DNA of 64,000 bases from the NCBI GenBank assembly GCA_045653545.1, contig JAZOMC010000014.1, forward strand, positions 3,880-67,879. The letters are read 5' to 3'. Source of the stretch: Akkermansia sp. (GTDB lineage Bacteria; Verrucomicrobiota; Verrucomicrobiia; Verrucomicrobiales; Akkermansiaceae). Each line of letters begins with the position of its first letter. Positions within the stretch are counted from its first letter, which is position 1. The position numbers and the translations under genes were made by a program. Positions 22,226 through 30,954 of this stretch are shown here, in pieces. Below the pieces are notes generated by a model. The model ran no database searches and was not told the DNA's origin. It saw only the letters and a program-made list of their open reading frames with translations.

Positions 22226-23389
22226 TCAGAAGTGGTCCTTCTTCACATTCTGACTCATAATGCGTTGTAAATATTCAGGAGGCCACGGAACTTGCTCATC
22301 CTTACCAAAGGTACGGCAATAAGGCTCAATGGGATACAAGTACTCGCAGGCAGCCAGCGCCTCATCACGGGCCTCCGGAGTTTCATATAAATAAAGAGCA
22401 TAGCCGCCATGGCCACCACCGCAGTACTTACATGCAAGAGACTCCCCGATGTGTGGCAGCGGCTCCATTCCCTCAGCCAGCTGTTGTTCATATGAGAGAT
22501 GAACACCTACAGCAAGCACATTGATATCCTTTTCAAGTACACCCAAGCGGGCCACTCGTGCAGCCTTGGCTATCTTAATAAAATCACGCTTCAGCCCTGC
22601 AAGACCGGGCGTATCATGCTTAATACGCGTATCATACACCGCCATTCGCCCTTGGAGGAAATCGCCGGTGTTCTTAAAATCAAGGACAGGACGCGCCCCA
22701 GAAAGCCATACGCAAGCGCCGGTCTCCGCAATAACGGCAGGGTCCTGCCAGCCCACACCCAAACCAAGCTCAGAGCCCACCGGGTCCCAGCCATTCAACA
22801 CGCTCCAGCCACCACTGCCACCCATGCCTGCGCCTTGGCGGTAATTCCATTCCTTAAGGGATACTGTGGGTGAAATGGAACAGTTCACCACATACTCACC
22901 GGGTATAGAATTTTCAGGGACATCCAGCCAGCCACCGGCAAAATCCACGCGGAGTGGCACATGCACAGGTGCTTTAATGCGGCTCACCACCTCAGAGCTG
23001 CTGCCACTACCGCCGGAAGGATGCTTCTTTTCCAGCACCACAAACTCGGCGCCATTGCGAGCACAGAAAGCCCTCTTATGATCCTTATAGAGGTCATCCG
23101 TTGTTACAGCAAGCACATCAGGCTTTATCTCTGTAAAAGCTGTTTTAAAAGAAAGCGAAACATCATCATCCGTAGAAAGAACCACCTCATCAACCATCTC
23201 CAAAGAAGACAGAAGAGCCATCTTATCTACATCATTCAACACGGACTTTTTATCATACAACTTCCAGAGCAAGTCCGCAGGCGGAAAAGACACCACCAAA
23301 TAATCGCCCAGAGCCCGGGCATCCCGGAAAAACTGTAAATGGCCGGCATGCAAAACATTAAACGAGCCGGAAACAAAAACTTTCTTCAT
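22226..23389 (-). CDS. Cytidylyltransferase-family domain fused to a GHMP-like kinase domain
   Basis: SGSFNVLHAGH; then PLRVDFAGGWLD, GAGMGGSG and KYCGGGHGGY (GHMP motifs 1-3). Confidence 0.8.
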   Translation of the reverse strand: MKKVFVSGSFNVLHAGHLQFFRDARALGDYLVVSFPPADLLWKLYDKKSVLNDVDKMALLSSLEMVDEVVLSTDDDVSLSFKTAFTEIKPDVLAVTTDDLYKDHKRAFCARNGAEFVVLEKKHPSGGSGSSSEVVSRIKAPVHVPLRVDFAGGWLDVPENSIPGEYVVNCSISPTVSLKEWNYRQGAGMGGSGGWSVLNGWDPVGSELGLGVGWQDPAVIAETGACVWLSGARPVLDFKNTGDFLQGRMAVYDTRIKHDTPGLAGLKRDFIKIAKAARVARLGVLEKDINVLAVGVHLSYEQQLAEGMEPLPHIGESLACKYCGGGHGGYALYLYETPEARDEALAACEYLYPIEPYCRTFGKDEQVPWPPEYLQRIMSQNVKKDHF

Positions 23390-23431
23390 ATCAGAATCCT
23401 ACAAGTGCTTATTTCAGAATACCTTACCACC

Positions 23432-23860
23432 TTACTTCTCAAGCCCTACCAAACGGAAGAAAATATGGCTCGGGCTCCAACGAGCAAAAGCGCCGGTCAC
23501 ACTGCGCCCGGCCAACACCTCCCTGAGCATAGCCTTCAGCACATCCTTCACCACCGGAATTACAACCAGTGAGCTCAACTGCACTAAAAGCAACTTCACA
23601 ACACCGCGAGCTTGGGCGCGCGGAGCTTCCTGCTTCTTTCGAGAGCGACGAAGAAGCAATGAGGCTACCAGCTTCACACCTACCAATGCAGCCACACCAG
23701 CGCCAACATACTTCAAAGTACTAGGCGGCACCTGAAGAGAATCACGGCACTGCCCAGCACTGGCGCGGGCACGAGCCCCACCATCCAGAGCGCGCAGGCG
23801 AGTGGCAGCCACCTCTGTCAGGATTTGCTGCTTTCTTTGCTGATAAGTATTTTCAGACAT
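23432..23860 (-). CDS. YqjK-like small membrane protein
   Basis: RKQQIL...R.R helix plus a TM segment; third gene of a yqjDEK-like triad. Confidence 0.55.
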   Translation of the reverse strand: MSENTYQQRKQQILTEVAATRLRALDGGARARASAGQCRDSLQVPPSTLKYVGAGVAALVGVKLVASLLLRRSRKKQEAPRAQARGVVKLLLVQLSSLVVIPVVKDVLKAMLREVLAGRSVTGAFARWSPSHIFFRLVGLEK

Positions 23861-24261
23861 TCCAAATCATGCTGAATCTCCTGCCTAGTGGCCGGCGCTA
23901 CCGGGCCGGGAGAGCTCTTAAAGCCAATCAAAAGAATTACAAGCCCCACGATGAGATGCACGGCGCACACCAAGCCCGTGGCCCACAGCCACGACCCCAG
24001 CCATGCGTGCGCCGCAACGCAGGCACATGCGCAGAAAACGAGATAGCCGACAAACAGCAACAAGCCGCCCACAGCCATCAGCACCACGCGTCTCATCTGA
24101 AGCGCAGCGTACTGCTGCAGCTCCAGCCGCAGCAGCCGCACAAGCGCATCTATATGAGCAAACGTGCTCACAGCCACTTCCTTCATTCCACCGACTATCT
24201 CTGCACCTTGCTCTTGCACAACAAGGAGCGGCCGCGGTTTTCTGAAGGAAAAAAGTGACAT
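23818..24261 (-). CDS. YqjE/phage-holin-like family membrane protein
   Basis: L.RLELQ followed by two TM helices and PATRQEIQHD. Confidence 0.7.
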   Translation of the reverse strand: MSLFSFRKPRPLLVVQEQGAEIVGGMKEVAVSTFAHIDALVRLLRLELQQYAALQMRRVVLMAVGGLLLFVGYLVFCACACVAAHAWLGSWLWATGLVCAVHLIVGLVILLIGFKSSPGPVAPATRQEIQHDLECLKILISKESSKS

Positions 24262-24301
24262 ATGAAGCAGATTATAATCAGAGAGAAGAGGGAGTATTTA
24301 C

Positions 24302-24634
24302 TTAGCGGCGAGTTACACCGATAAGCAGGCCAAGCACGAAGCCCAGACCAAGAGCCCCCATAACAGAGCCAGTGGGATTAGCCTTCACGTACTCTGCACC
24401 GGCTTCATGCAAATCCTTAGCCTTAGCGCAGGTCACATCCCAACCGGCATGCAGCTGCTCACGAGCTTCACCGGTATAACGGCGCACATTCTCCATCTGC
24501 TCAGCGGTAACGCGGCGCAGCTTTTCATACTGAGCGCAGGCATAATCACGGGCGGCCTGAAGGCGGTCCTGAGTATCAGCAGAGGCGGTAGGAGCCTCGT
24601 TTCCAGTTTTCTCTACATTGTCCATAGCGTCCAA
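24302..24634 (-). CDS. DUF883 / ElaB-YqjD family protein
   Basis: C-terminal YVKANPTGSVMGALGLGFVLGLLI. Confidence 0.8.
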   Translation of the reverse strand: MDAMDNVEKTGNEAPTASADTQDRLQAARDYACAQYEKLRRVTAEQMENVRRYTGEAREQLHAGWDVTCAKAKDLHEAGAEYVKANPTGSVMGALGLGFVLGLLIGVTRR

Positions 24635-24799
24635 GAATTGAAAGGTTTAACGTATGAAGTCCAGCTAGCGCCATTACTGCGCAGTCTGCTTCATTGCCAC
24701 ATTATAACCACAACTCTGCACACTTTGCAAGCAATCTTCTCCAAAATGACGAATTTTCTTCACATTTACGTAATTTTTCCGCCATTGTGAATTATAGCC

Positions 24800-24828
24800 T
24801 TGCATTTCACCCGTAAACTTGCTATTAT
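24800..24828 (+). promoter_or_regulatory. carA-purA promoter TTGCAT-17-TATTAT
   Basis: Hexamers with 17-bp spacing, 23 nt before the carA ATG. Confidence 0.6.
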
Positions 24829-24851
24829 CGCACGGCTCAAATAGACAAAGC

Positions 24852-26009
24852 ATGAAAGCGATTCTTGCACTAGAAGACGGAACCACATTCGAGGGCACCG
24901 CTATTGGCGTTGCCGGCACAGTAACCGGCGAGATATGCTGCGACACCTCAGTCATGGGCTATCAGGAACTCCTGACAGACCCCGCCTGCAAAGGGCGCAT
25001 CATGGCTATGACCTACACACTCATCGGTAACTACGGCGTGTGCGAGGAAGATAACGAGAGCGCAGCTCCTCAGGTAAACGGCCTCGTCGTGACCGAACTC
25101 GCCCGCCTCCACAGCAACTGGCGCGCCGAGGAAAGCATGGGTGCATGGCTCACCCGCCACAATGTCGTCGGCATCTCCGGCATCGATACGCGCAAGATTG
25201 CCACACTCCAGCGCAACAAGGGCGCCCTGCGCGGCTGCATCACCACGGAGCTGAGCGTTGAGGACGCCATTAAGACCGCTCAGAACGCTCCTGAACTTAC
25301 CGGCGCAGACCTCGTCAGCAGCGTCACCACCCCCACCACTTACCACTGGGAAGGTGAATCCCGCGCTTGGAAACTCCCGAACAAGACTCAGGGAGACCTC
25401 ACCACCTACACCGAGCTGCCCCCTGTAAGCTACAAGGTGGTAGTATATGACTTGGGCGTACGCCGCAGCACCCTGCGCCGCCTGCGCCAGATTGGCTGTG
25501 ATGTCACAGTGGTTCCCGCCACCACCCCCGCTGAAGAAGCCCTTTCCCTCCGTCCGGATGCCATCATCCTTTCTGACGGCCCCGGCGACCCCGCCGCCCT
25601 TTCCGCCGTAACGGCACAGGTGAAGAGCCTTGCCGGCAAGCTCCCCGTGGCTGGCATCGGCCTTGGCAGCCTTGTCATCGCCATCGCCGTGGGCGCCACC
25701 ACTCGCAAGCTCCGCGTGGGCCATCAGGGTTGCAACCAGCCCGTGAAGTCCCTCTGCAGCGGCAAGGTGGACATCACCACACAGAACACCATCTTCACCA
25801 TCGACTCCGCAAACATGCCCGAGACACTGGAGGTGACAGAGGTCAATCTGAATGATGACACCGTGGCCGCCTACCGCCATGCCTCTCAGCCCATGTTCGG
25901 CGTGCAGTACCTCCCCACTACACCCGCAGGCGCTGATGATACAACCAACTTCTACAACAGGCTCATCCAGACCATTAAGGACGTGAAAGCCGGTAAGTAC
26001 AACGCATAA
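24852..26009 (+). CDS. carA: Carbamoyl-phosphate synthase small subunit homolog, catalytically degenerate
   Basis: MKAILALEDGT.F.G, GYQELLTDP, IGNYG, GIDTR, SDGPGDP; catalytic motifs altered (GIGLGSL, QYLPT). Confidence 0.9.
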   Translation: MKAILALEDGTTFEGTAIGVAGTVTGEICCDTSVMGYQELLTDPACKGRIMAMTYTLIGNYGVCEEDNESAAPQVNGLVVTELARLHSNWRAEESMGAWLTRHNVVGISGIDTRKIATLQRNKGALRGCITTELSVEDAIKTAQNAPELTGADLVSSVTTPTTYHWEGESRAWKLPNKTQGDLTTYTELPPVSYKVVVYDLGVRRSTLRRLRQIGCDVTVVPATTPAEEALSLRPDAIILSDGPGDPAALSAVTAQVKSLAGKLPVAGIGLGSLVIAIAVGATTRKLRVGHQGCNQPVKSLCSGKVDITTQNTIFTIDSANMPETLEVTEVNLNDDTVAAYRHASQPMFGVQYLPTTPAGADDTTNFYNRLIQTIKDVKAGKYNA

Positions 26010-26027
26010 ACGTCCCGCGCAAATTAT

Positions 26028-27305
26028 ATGAATACACTAGTCATTGGCTCCCAGTGGGGAGATGAAGGCAAGGGTAAGGTCATCGATTTCCTCACCGAAA
26101 CCGCTGACGTCGTAGCCCGCAGCCAGGGCGGCAGCAATGCCGGCCACACCGTCATCGCCAAGGGGCAGAAGTACGTGCTGCACCTCATCCCCTCCGGCAT
26201 TCTCTGGGAAGGCAAGGTGAACGTCATCGGTAACGGCGTGGTTATCAACCCCACTTCCCTCGTGGAAGAAATCCGCTACCTGCAGGATAAAGGCGTAACC
26301 ATCAGCCCCAAGAACCTCCTCATCTCTGACCGCGCACACGTAGTGCTGCCCATTCATAAGGAGATTGACGGCGCTCAGGAAGAAGCTCTCGGTGATCAGA
26401 AGATTGGCACCACCCGCCAAGGCATTGGGCCCACCTATGCAGACAAGGCCCGCCGCGTAGGCATCCGTATGATTGACCTCGCTGATCCCACCCGCTTGGA
26501 GAAGGTACTGAAGGCTCGCATCAAGACCGCTAACGAGGAGCTCGTGCGCCTCGGCTGGCCCGCTGCGGACCCGCAGGTTACTCTGGATGCCGTGATGGCC
26601 GCTGCCGATGTGCTGCGCCCCCACATCACGAACACCATCCCCGTTATCAATGACGCCATCAAGGCCGGCAAGACCGTCCTCTTCGAAGGCGCTCAGGGCG
26701 CCATGCTGGACATCGACTTCGGCACCTACCCCTTCGTGACCAGCTCCAACACCAGCGCCGGCGGCTGCTGCACCGGCTCAGGCGTAGCCCCCACCCGTAT
26801 CGATAAGATTATCGGCGTGTGCAAGGCTTACACCACCCGCGTGGGTGAAGGCCCCTTCGTGACGGAAGACGCAGAAATCAGCGATTACCTCCACGGCCTT
26901 GGCCGCGAGTTCGGTGCCACCACAGGCCGCCCCCGCCGCTGCGGCTGGACGGACGGCGTTGTGCTCCGCTTCTCCGCCATGTTCAACGGCTTTGACGAAA
27001 TGGCCATGACCAACCTCGATGGCCTGGACGAGCTGGATTCCATCAAGATTTGCACCGGCTATCGCATGGGTGACCAGGTGCTCGAGTACCCCCCTGCCCT
27101 CATGGAGGAGTGGTACCAGTGCGAGCCCATTTACGAAACCCTCCCCGGCTGGAAGAAGGACATCTCCTCCTGCACCACCTGGGACGAGCTGCCCGAGAAC
27201 TGCAAGGCATATGTCAAGCGCTTCGGCGAAGTCGTAGGCTGCCCCGTTGGCACCGTTGGCGTAGGCCCGGACCGCGAGCACACCATCAGCGTGCCCCCCT
27301 GTTAG
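26028..27305 (+). CDS. purA: Adenylosuccinate synthetase
   Basis: QWGDEGKGK, GGSNAGHT, IGTTRQGIGP, EGAQG..LD.DFGTYPFVTSS, GATTGRPRRCGW. Confidence 0.97.
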   Translation: MNTLVIGSQWGDEGKGKVIDFLTETADVVARSQGGSNAGHTVIAKGQKYVLHLIPSGILWEGKVNVIGNGVVINPTSLVEEIRYLQDKGVTISPKNLLISDRAHVVLPIHKEIDGAQEEALGDQKIGTTRQGIGPTYADKARRVGIRMIDLADPTRLEKVLKARIKTANEELVRLGWPAADPQVTLDAVMAAADVLRPHITNTIPVINDAIKAGKTVLFEGAQGAMLDIDFGTYPFVTSSNTSAGGCCTGSGVAPTRIDKIIGVCKAYTTRVGEGPFVTEDAEISDYLHGLGREFGATTGRPRRCGWTDGVVLRFSAMFNGFDEMAMTNLDGLDELDSIKICTGYRMGDQVLEYPPALMEEWYQCEPIYETLPGWKKDISSCTTWDELPENCKAYVKRFGEVVGCPVGTVGVGPDREHTISVPPC

Positions 27306-27327
27306 GAAAAACAGCACATCTCATCCC

Positions 27328-27355
27328 AAAAGCCCGCTTCCAAGCGGGCTTTTTT
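27328..27355 (+). terminator. Intrinsic terminator after purA
   Basis: aaaagcccgcttccaagcgggcttttt. Confidence 0.85.
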
Positions 27356-27418
27356 GTACCCCGAGCCCTCCCAAAACGCCAAAAATTAAAAAAAATCACA
27401 AAAAATCAAATTTAAAGC

Positions 27419-27447
27419 TTGCCATATCTCAAAAAATCATGTATAAT
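27419..27447 (+). promoter_or_regulatory. tRNA promoter TTGCCA-17-TATAAT with A-tract UP element
   Basis: Near-consensus hexamers with upstream A-tracts. Confidence 0.8.
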
Positions 27448-27465
27448 GCTCCCGCACACAGCAAA

Positions 27466-27537
27466 GCACGAGTAGCTCAGTGGTAGAGCGGCTGTCTTAC
27501 ACACAGTTGGTCAGGAGTTCGAATCTCTTCTCGTGTA
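27466..27537 (+). tRNA. tRNA-Val(TAC); CCA not encoded
   Basis: Acceptor stem GCACGAG/CTCGTGT, D-arm AGCTCAGTGGTAGAGC, anticodon loop CT-TAC-AC, T-loop GTTCGAATC. Confidence 0.93.
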
Positions 27538-27554
27538 TCAACCAATGAAATACG

Positions 27555-27587
27555 AATCCGTTAAGGAATATAACTCCTTAACGGATT
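27555..27587 (+). terminator. Hairpin after tRNA-Val
   Basis: aatccgttaagga...tccttaacggatt. Confidence 0.7.
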
Positions 27588-27624
27588 TCCCTTTTACCCC
27601 TTTCAAAAAAAACTACCCACCCTA

Positions 27625-28896
27625 ATGCAATCTACGTATGAAGCCCGGTGCCAATCGGCACAGTACAACACATCGTACCCTCTAGCCCCGGAACACTGGC
27701 AACCATACCGCTCTTCTGAGCCCCTTCACTACGGCTCAGAAATATCCATTTATTTGCACATACCGTTTTGCCCACAGTTATGTACATTCTGTGAGTACAC
27801 CCGCATGGCTACACCAAGCGAAGAGTTGCAATCTCATTATGTACAAACGTTGCTGAATGAGCTCTATAGTTTCGGGGCACAACATAACGATTTGTCGCTT
27901 GCCGGATTTGATATCGGCGGAGGCACCCCTACCGCCCTCAGCCCTAAATTGCTGGAGAAACTTGCACAAGGTTATCAAGAGTTCCTGCATAACAGGAATA
28001 TAGCAGATGATTTTGAAGCAAGCATTGAAAGCACATTTCAGACCGCTACAGCTGAAAAGCTGCAAATCATCGGGCAAGCCGGCATCAAAAGATTATCGCT
28101 AGGAGTTCAATCCAGCTCTACAGAATTGCTGCGCAATCACGCCCGGCGGCAAGAAAAGGAAGACATCATGCAGAGTGTGCTGTATTCTGCCCATGCCGCC
28201 GGCATACAGAAGGTGAACCTTGATTTTATGTATGGTCTGCCCGGTCAATCAACTGAAAGCATCATTGCAGACCTGGAACTTGTACAAAAGCTAAATCCTG
28301 AACAGGTAACCTTGTACGAACTTCGTACAAACATGATTCACCTGCCCGCCAGCACCGCAGAACATAGAACAGCCGCCTATAAAACTTGGTACAAAGGCTT
28401 ACAGGAGCTCGGATACCGTGCTCCATTTGGCCGAAATACATTTAGCCTGAATCCGGCAGATGAAGGATGCTCATCCTATCTGCGCAAGAGAATGTTTAAC
28501 GGCACAGCATACCGTGGCTTCGGCGTCTCAGCCCAAAGCATGGGAAGCAATGGTGTAAGCTACAATTCAGGAAAAGGCATGCACGGTGATGCGCTGCGGT
28601 GCTGCGTATCTGCTCAAAGCTATTCTCCGCATGACATTTACCACCTGCCACCGGCAGAGCTGGCCGCTAAATACATAGCCGTGGCCGGCTATAGCGGAGA
28701 GTTCTCACTGTCCACCGCCAGCCGCATTTTAAACTGCAATGCAGCGGAATATTACGCTGAGGCTATCCTGTTCTGCTTAGACAGAGAATTACTGGAAGCC
28801 TTACCTAACAACATTTTACGCATTACACCCCATGGCTTCAAACACATAGGAGCCGTATTTTCACTTTTTTATTCACCCACCAACAACCCATCCTAA
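27625..28896 (+). CDS. HemN-like radical SAM protein
   Basis: YLHIPFCPQLCTFCEY (CxxxCxxC), GGGTPT, RLSLGVQS, NLDFMYGLPGQS. Confidence 0.88.
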   Translation: MQSTYEARCQSAQYNTSYPLAPEHWQPYRSSEPLHYGSEISIYLHIPFCPQLCTFCEYTRMATPSEELQSHYVQTLLNELYSFGAQHNDLSLAGFDIGGGTPTALSPKLLEKLAQGYQEFLHNRNIADDFEASIESTFQTATAEKLQIIGQAGIKRLSLGVQSSSTELLRNHARRQEKEDIMQSVLYSAHAAGIQKVNLDFMYGLPGQSTESIIADLELVQKLNPEQVTLYELRTNMIHLPASTAEHRTAAYKTWYKGLQELGYRAPFGRNTFSLNPADEGCSSYLRKRMFNGTAYRGFGVSAQSMGSNGVSYNSGKGMHGDALRCCVSAQSYSPHDIYHLPPAELAAKYIAVAGYSGEFSLSTASRILNCNAAEYYAEAILFCLDRELLEALPNNILRITPHGFKHIGAVFSLFYSPTNNPS

Positions 28897-28898
28897 AT

Positions 28899-30044
28899 AT
28901 GAACTATCGTTATCCCTGCACAGGCTATCTCGCCATGAATGGTTTCGGGGCTTGGTTAGAACAAGAATGCACCACCCCCAGAAGAAACATTAACCTCTTT
29001 TCGCAAGAACTAGGTAACCGTTTTGATGCGCCGTTGATAACTCTTGTCAATTCCGGTTCCTCTGCTAACATGGTAGCGGCCCTCGCGCTCGCAGAGAAAG
29101 TAAAACTGCAAGGCAAGCCGCTCACAGCTGCTATCAGCGCATTTACCTTTCCTACCACAGTAAGCGCCTTGGAACTTGCAGGCTTTTCACTAACCGTTGT
29201 CGATACGGAACCGGGCGGGTTCAACATTAATCCTAACGCCTTGCAAGAGCTAACACCATTCCCCTCTGTACTGGCCGTTACCCACTTTTTGGGCTTTCCC
29301 TGTGCCATTGAACAAATCTGCACTTTAGCCAAACAAAGAGGAGCCTATGTGCTCCAGGATGCCTGTGAAACCCTCGGCATGAAAGTAAAAGGGCTCCCCG
29401 TTCACCAGTACGGAGATTTGACCACATGGTCCTTTTATCACCCGCACCACCTTTCCTCATATGGTGGCGGCGCCGTGATTTCCTTAACGGAAGAGGACTA
29501 TATACTTACCGACAGCGTAGCCCATTGGGGCCGAGCCTGCCGTTGCCATACCACCCCGCATAAATGCACCGTACCGCCTGGCCAGGCCCACCAATTCACA
29601 TACGAACGCCTTGGGTTAAATGTTGAAATGTCGGAGCTGAACGCGTGTTTCGGCCGCTGGCAATTACAACAGTGGGAACAAATAGAACAGGCTAGATCAA
29701 CCCGATATAACCTACTTTTCGACACGCTTCAGCATGCCACCGGCGCCCGCATCTGGGCAGCGCCGGAAATAGAAGCCTCACCCTTCATCTTCCCTATCCA
29801 GTTAACAGACGGCCGCACCTTAAACGATATCTACCCTCTGCTCAAAGCAGAAAGCATAGAAATCCGCACCCTCATGGGTGGTGTGTGTAGCGACCAAGCC
29901 GCCTTCTCCCACCTTCAATCTCCCCTGCCCAATGCCCAAGAACTAGCCCGTACAACATTCTTCGTTGGCATTCACCACACCCTCCCCATAGAGGATGTAC
30001 AACATGTCGCCACAAGACTCCTGCACCATTTATCAGGGCACTAA
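28899..30044 (+). CDS. DegT/DnrJ fold-type I enzyme resembling NDP-4-keto-6-deoxyhexose 3-dehydrase (E1/RfbH)
   Basis: VNSGSSAN, SAFTFPTT, QDACETLG, SFYHPHH (His at the Lys position), WGRACRC...C..H.FTY.RLG.N. Confidence 0.8.
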   Translation: MNYRYPCTGYLAMNGFGAWLEQECTTPRRNINLFSQELGNRFDAPLITLVNSGSSANMVAALALAEKVKLQGKPLTAAISAFTFPTTVSALELAGFSLTVVDTEPGGFNINPNALQELTPFPSVLAVTHFLGFPCAIEQICTLAKQRGAYVLQDACETLGMKVKGLPVHQYGDLTTWSFYHPHHLSSYGGGAVISLTEEDYILTDSVAHWGRACRCHTTPHKCTVPPGQAHQFTYERLGLNVEMSELNACFGRWQLQQWEQIEQARSTRYNLLFDTLQHATGARIWAAPEIEASPFIFPIQLTDGRTLNDIYPLLKAESIEIRTLMGGVCSDQAAFSHLQSPLPNAQELARTTFFVGIHHTLPIEDVQHVATRLLHHLSGH

Positions 30045-30075
30045 GCAACCGCTTTTTCACAATCGATTCTCACGC

Positions 30076-30110
30076 ACAAAGGCTGACTTCGTTTGAAGTC
30101 AGCCTTTTGT
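30076..30110. terminator. Bidirectional terminator
   Basis: acaaaggctgacttc gttt gaagtcagccttttgt. Confidence 0.85.
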
Positions 30111-30196
30111 ATTTACGCCGACAGTAGTCGGCCATCCCCTCAATAACGTGCATTTTTTGCACTTTATTGTTCTTTTTTACCCATGACAACAAAAAA

Positions 30197-30943
30197 TCAT
30201 CTAAACAAATGCCTTACCTCATCCGGCAAGGTATCACCTTGTTTTCTGAGGTGGTAAGATGAAAGCGCCGGGCCGCGTTGATGGGTCACGGTTATTTTGT
30301 CGGAATAGGCGGTAACGGTCATGTAGCCGGAGTCAGTTTCGTAATATAATCTAATGTGTCCCGGTCGGGCTAAGGAGGGGAAGAGGTTGTTGATATTATT
30401 AAACTCATGGTAAATGGCATGGAGATTCGGAGAATCTTCAGCAAGCAGGTCGGCAATACGCTTTTGATTTTCTGCAATACTGGCCATACCGGGCATATCA
30501 TGGCGGCGGAGAGTCGCATGCGCAACGACAACGGGTTCCGGCAAAGCTTCAACTCGGATAGCGACGGGGCATCTTTGCCCTTGCCGCAAGATATCAACGT
30601 GTATGCACTCCCCCGGGCGAGTATTACGAACGCTCAGTAGCAAATCTTCCATAGTTGCAATGCGGGCACCATTGTTTTTCAAAATTAAATCCCCGGCCTG
30701 CACCCCGGCTTTTTCAGCCGGACTGTGCGGCATAACTCGTTTGACACGCAAGCCTTGGCGCCGCGGTAACAGCGTACCATATTGCAGCCTTTCCTCCGCT
30801 GTAAGAGGCTCCGTCTGAACGCCAATGTAGATATCCGTAACAATTTCCCAGCGTTCGGCAACAGGAAGCTCCGACTGCACCACCGGTTGGGCGTACAGAC
30901 AAAGCATCATCAATGCGATACAAATTGCCGAAAAGCTTTTCAT
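30197..30943 (-). CDS. Exported PDZ-domain protein (no protease domain)
   Basis: Signal peptide; YIGV...GLRVKRVMPHSPAEKAGVQAGDLIL..NG. Confidence 0.8.
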   Translation of the reverse strand: MKSFSAICIALMMLCLYAQPVVQSELPVAERWEIVTDIYIGVQTEPLTAEERLQYGTLLPRRQGLRVKRVMPHSPAEKAGVQAGDLILKNNGARIATMEDLLLSVRNTRPGECIHVDILRQGQRCPVAIRVEALPEPVVVAHATLRRHDMPGMASIAENQKRIADLLAEDSPNLHAIYHEFNNINNLFPSLARPGHIRLYYETDSGYMTVTAYSDKITVTHQRGPALSSYHLRKQGDTLPDEVRHLFR

Positions 30944-30954
30944 ATTAAAACTCT

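Noticed and set aside
27625-28896. Calling the radical SAM gene hemN/hemW
   Set aside because: The fold family matches, but island context and coupling to an E1-like enzyme make a heme role unsupported, so no symbol was given.
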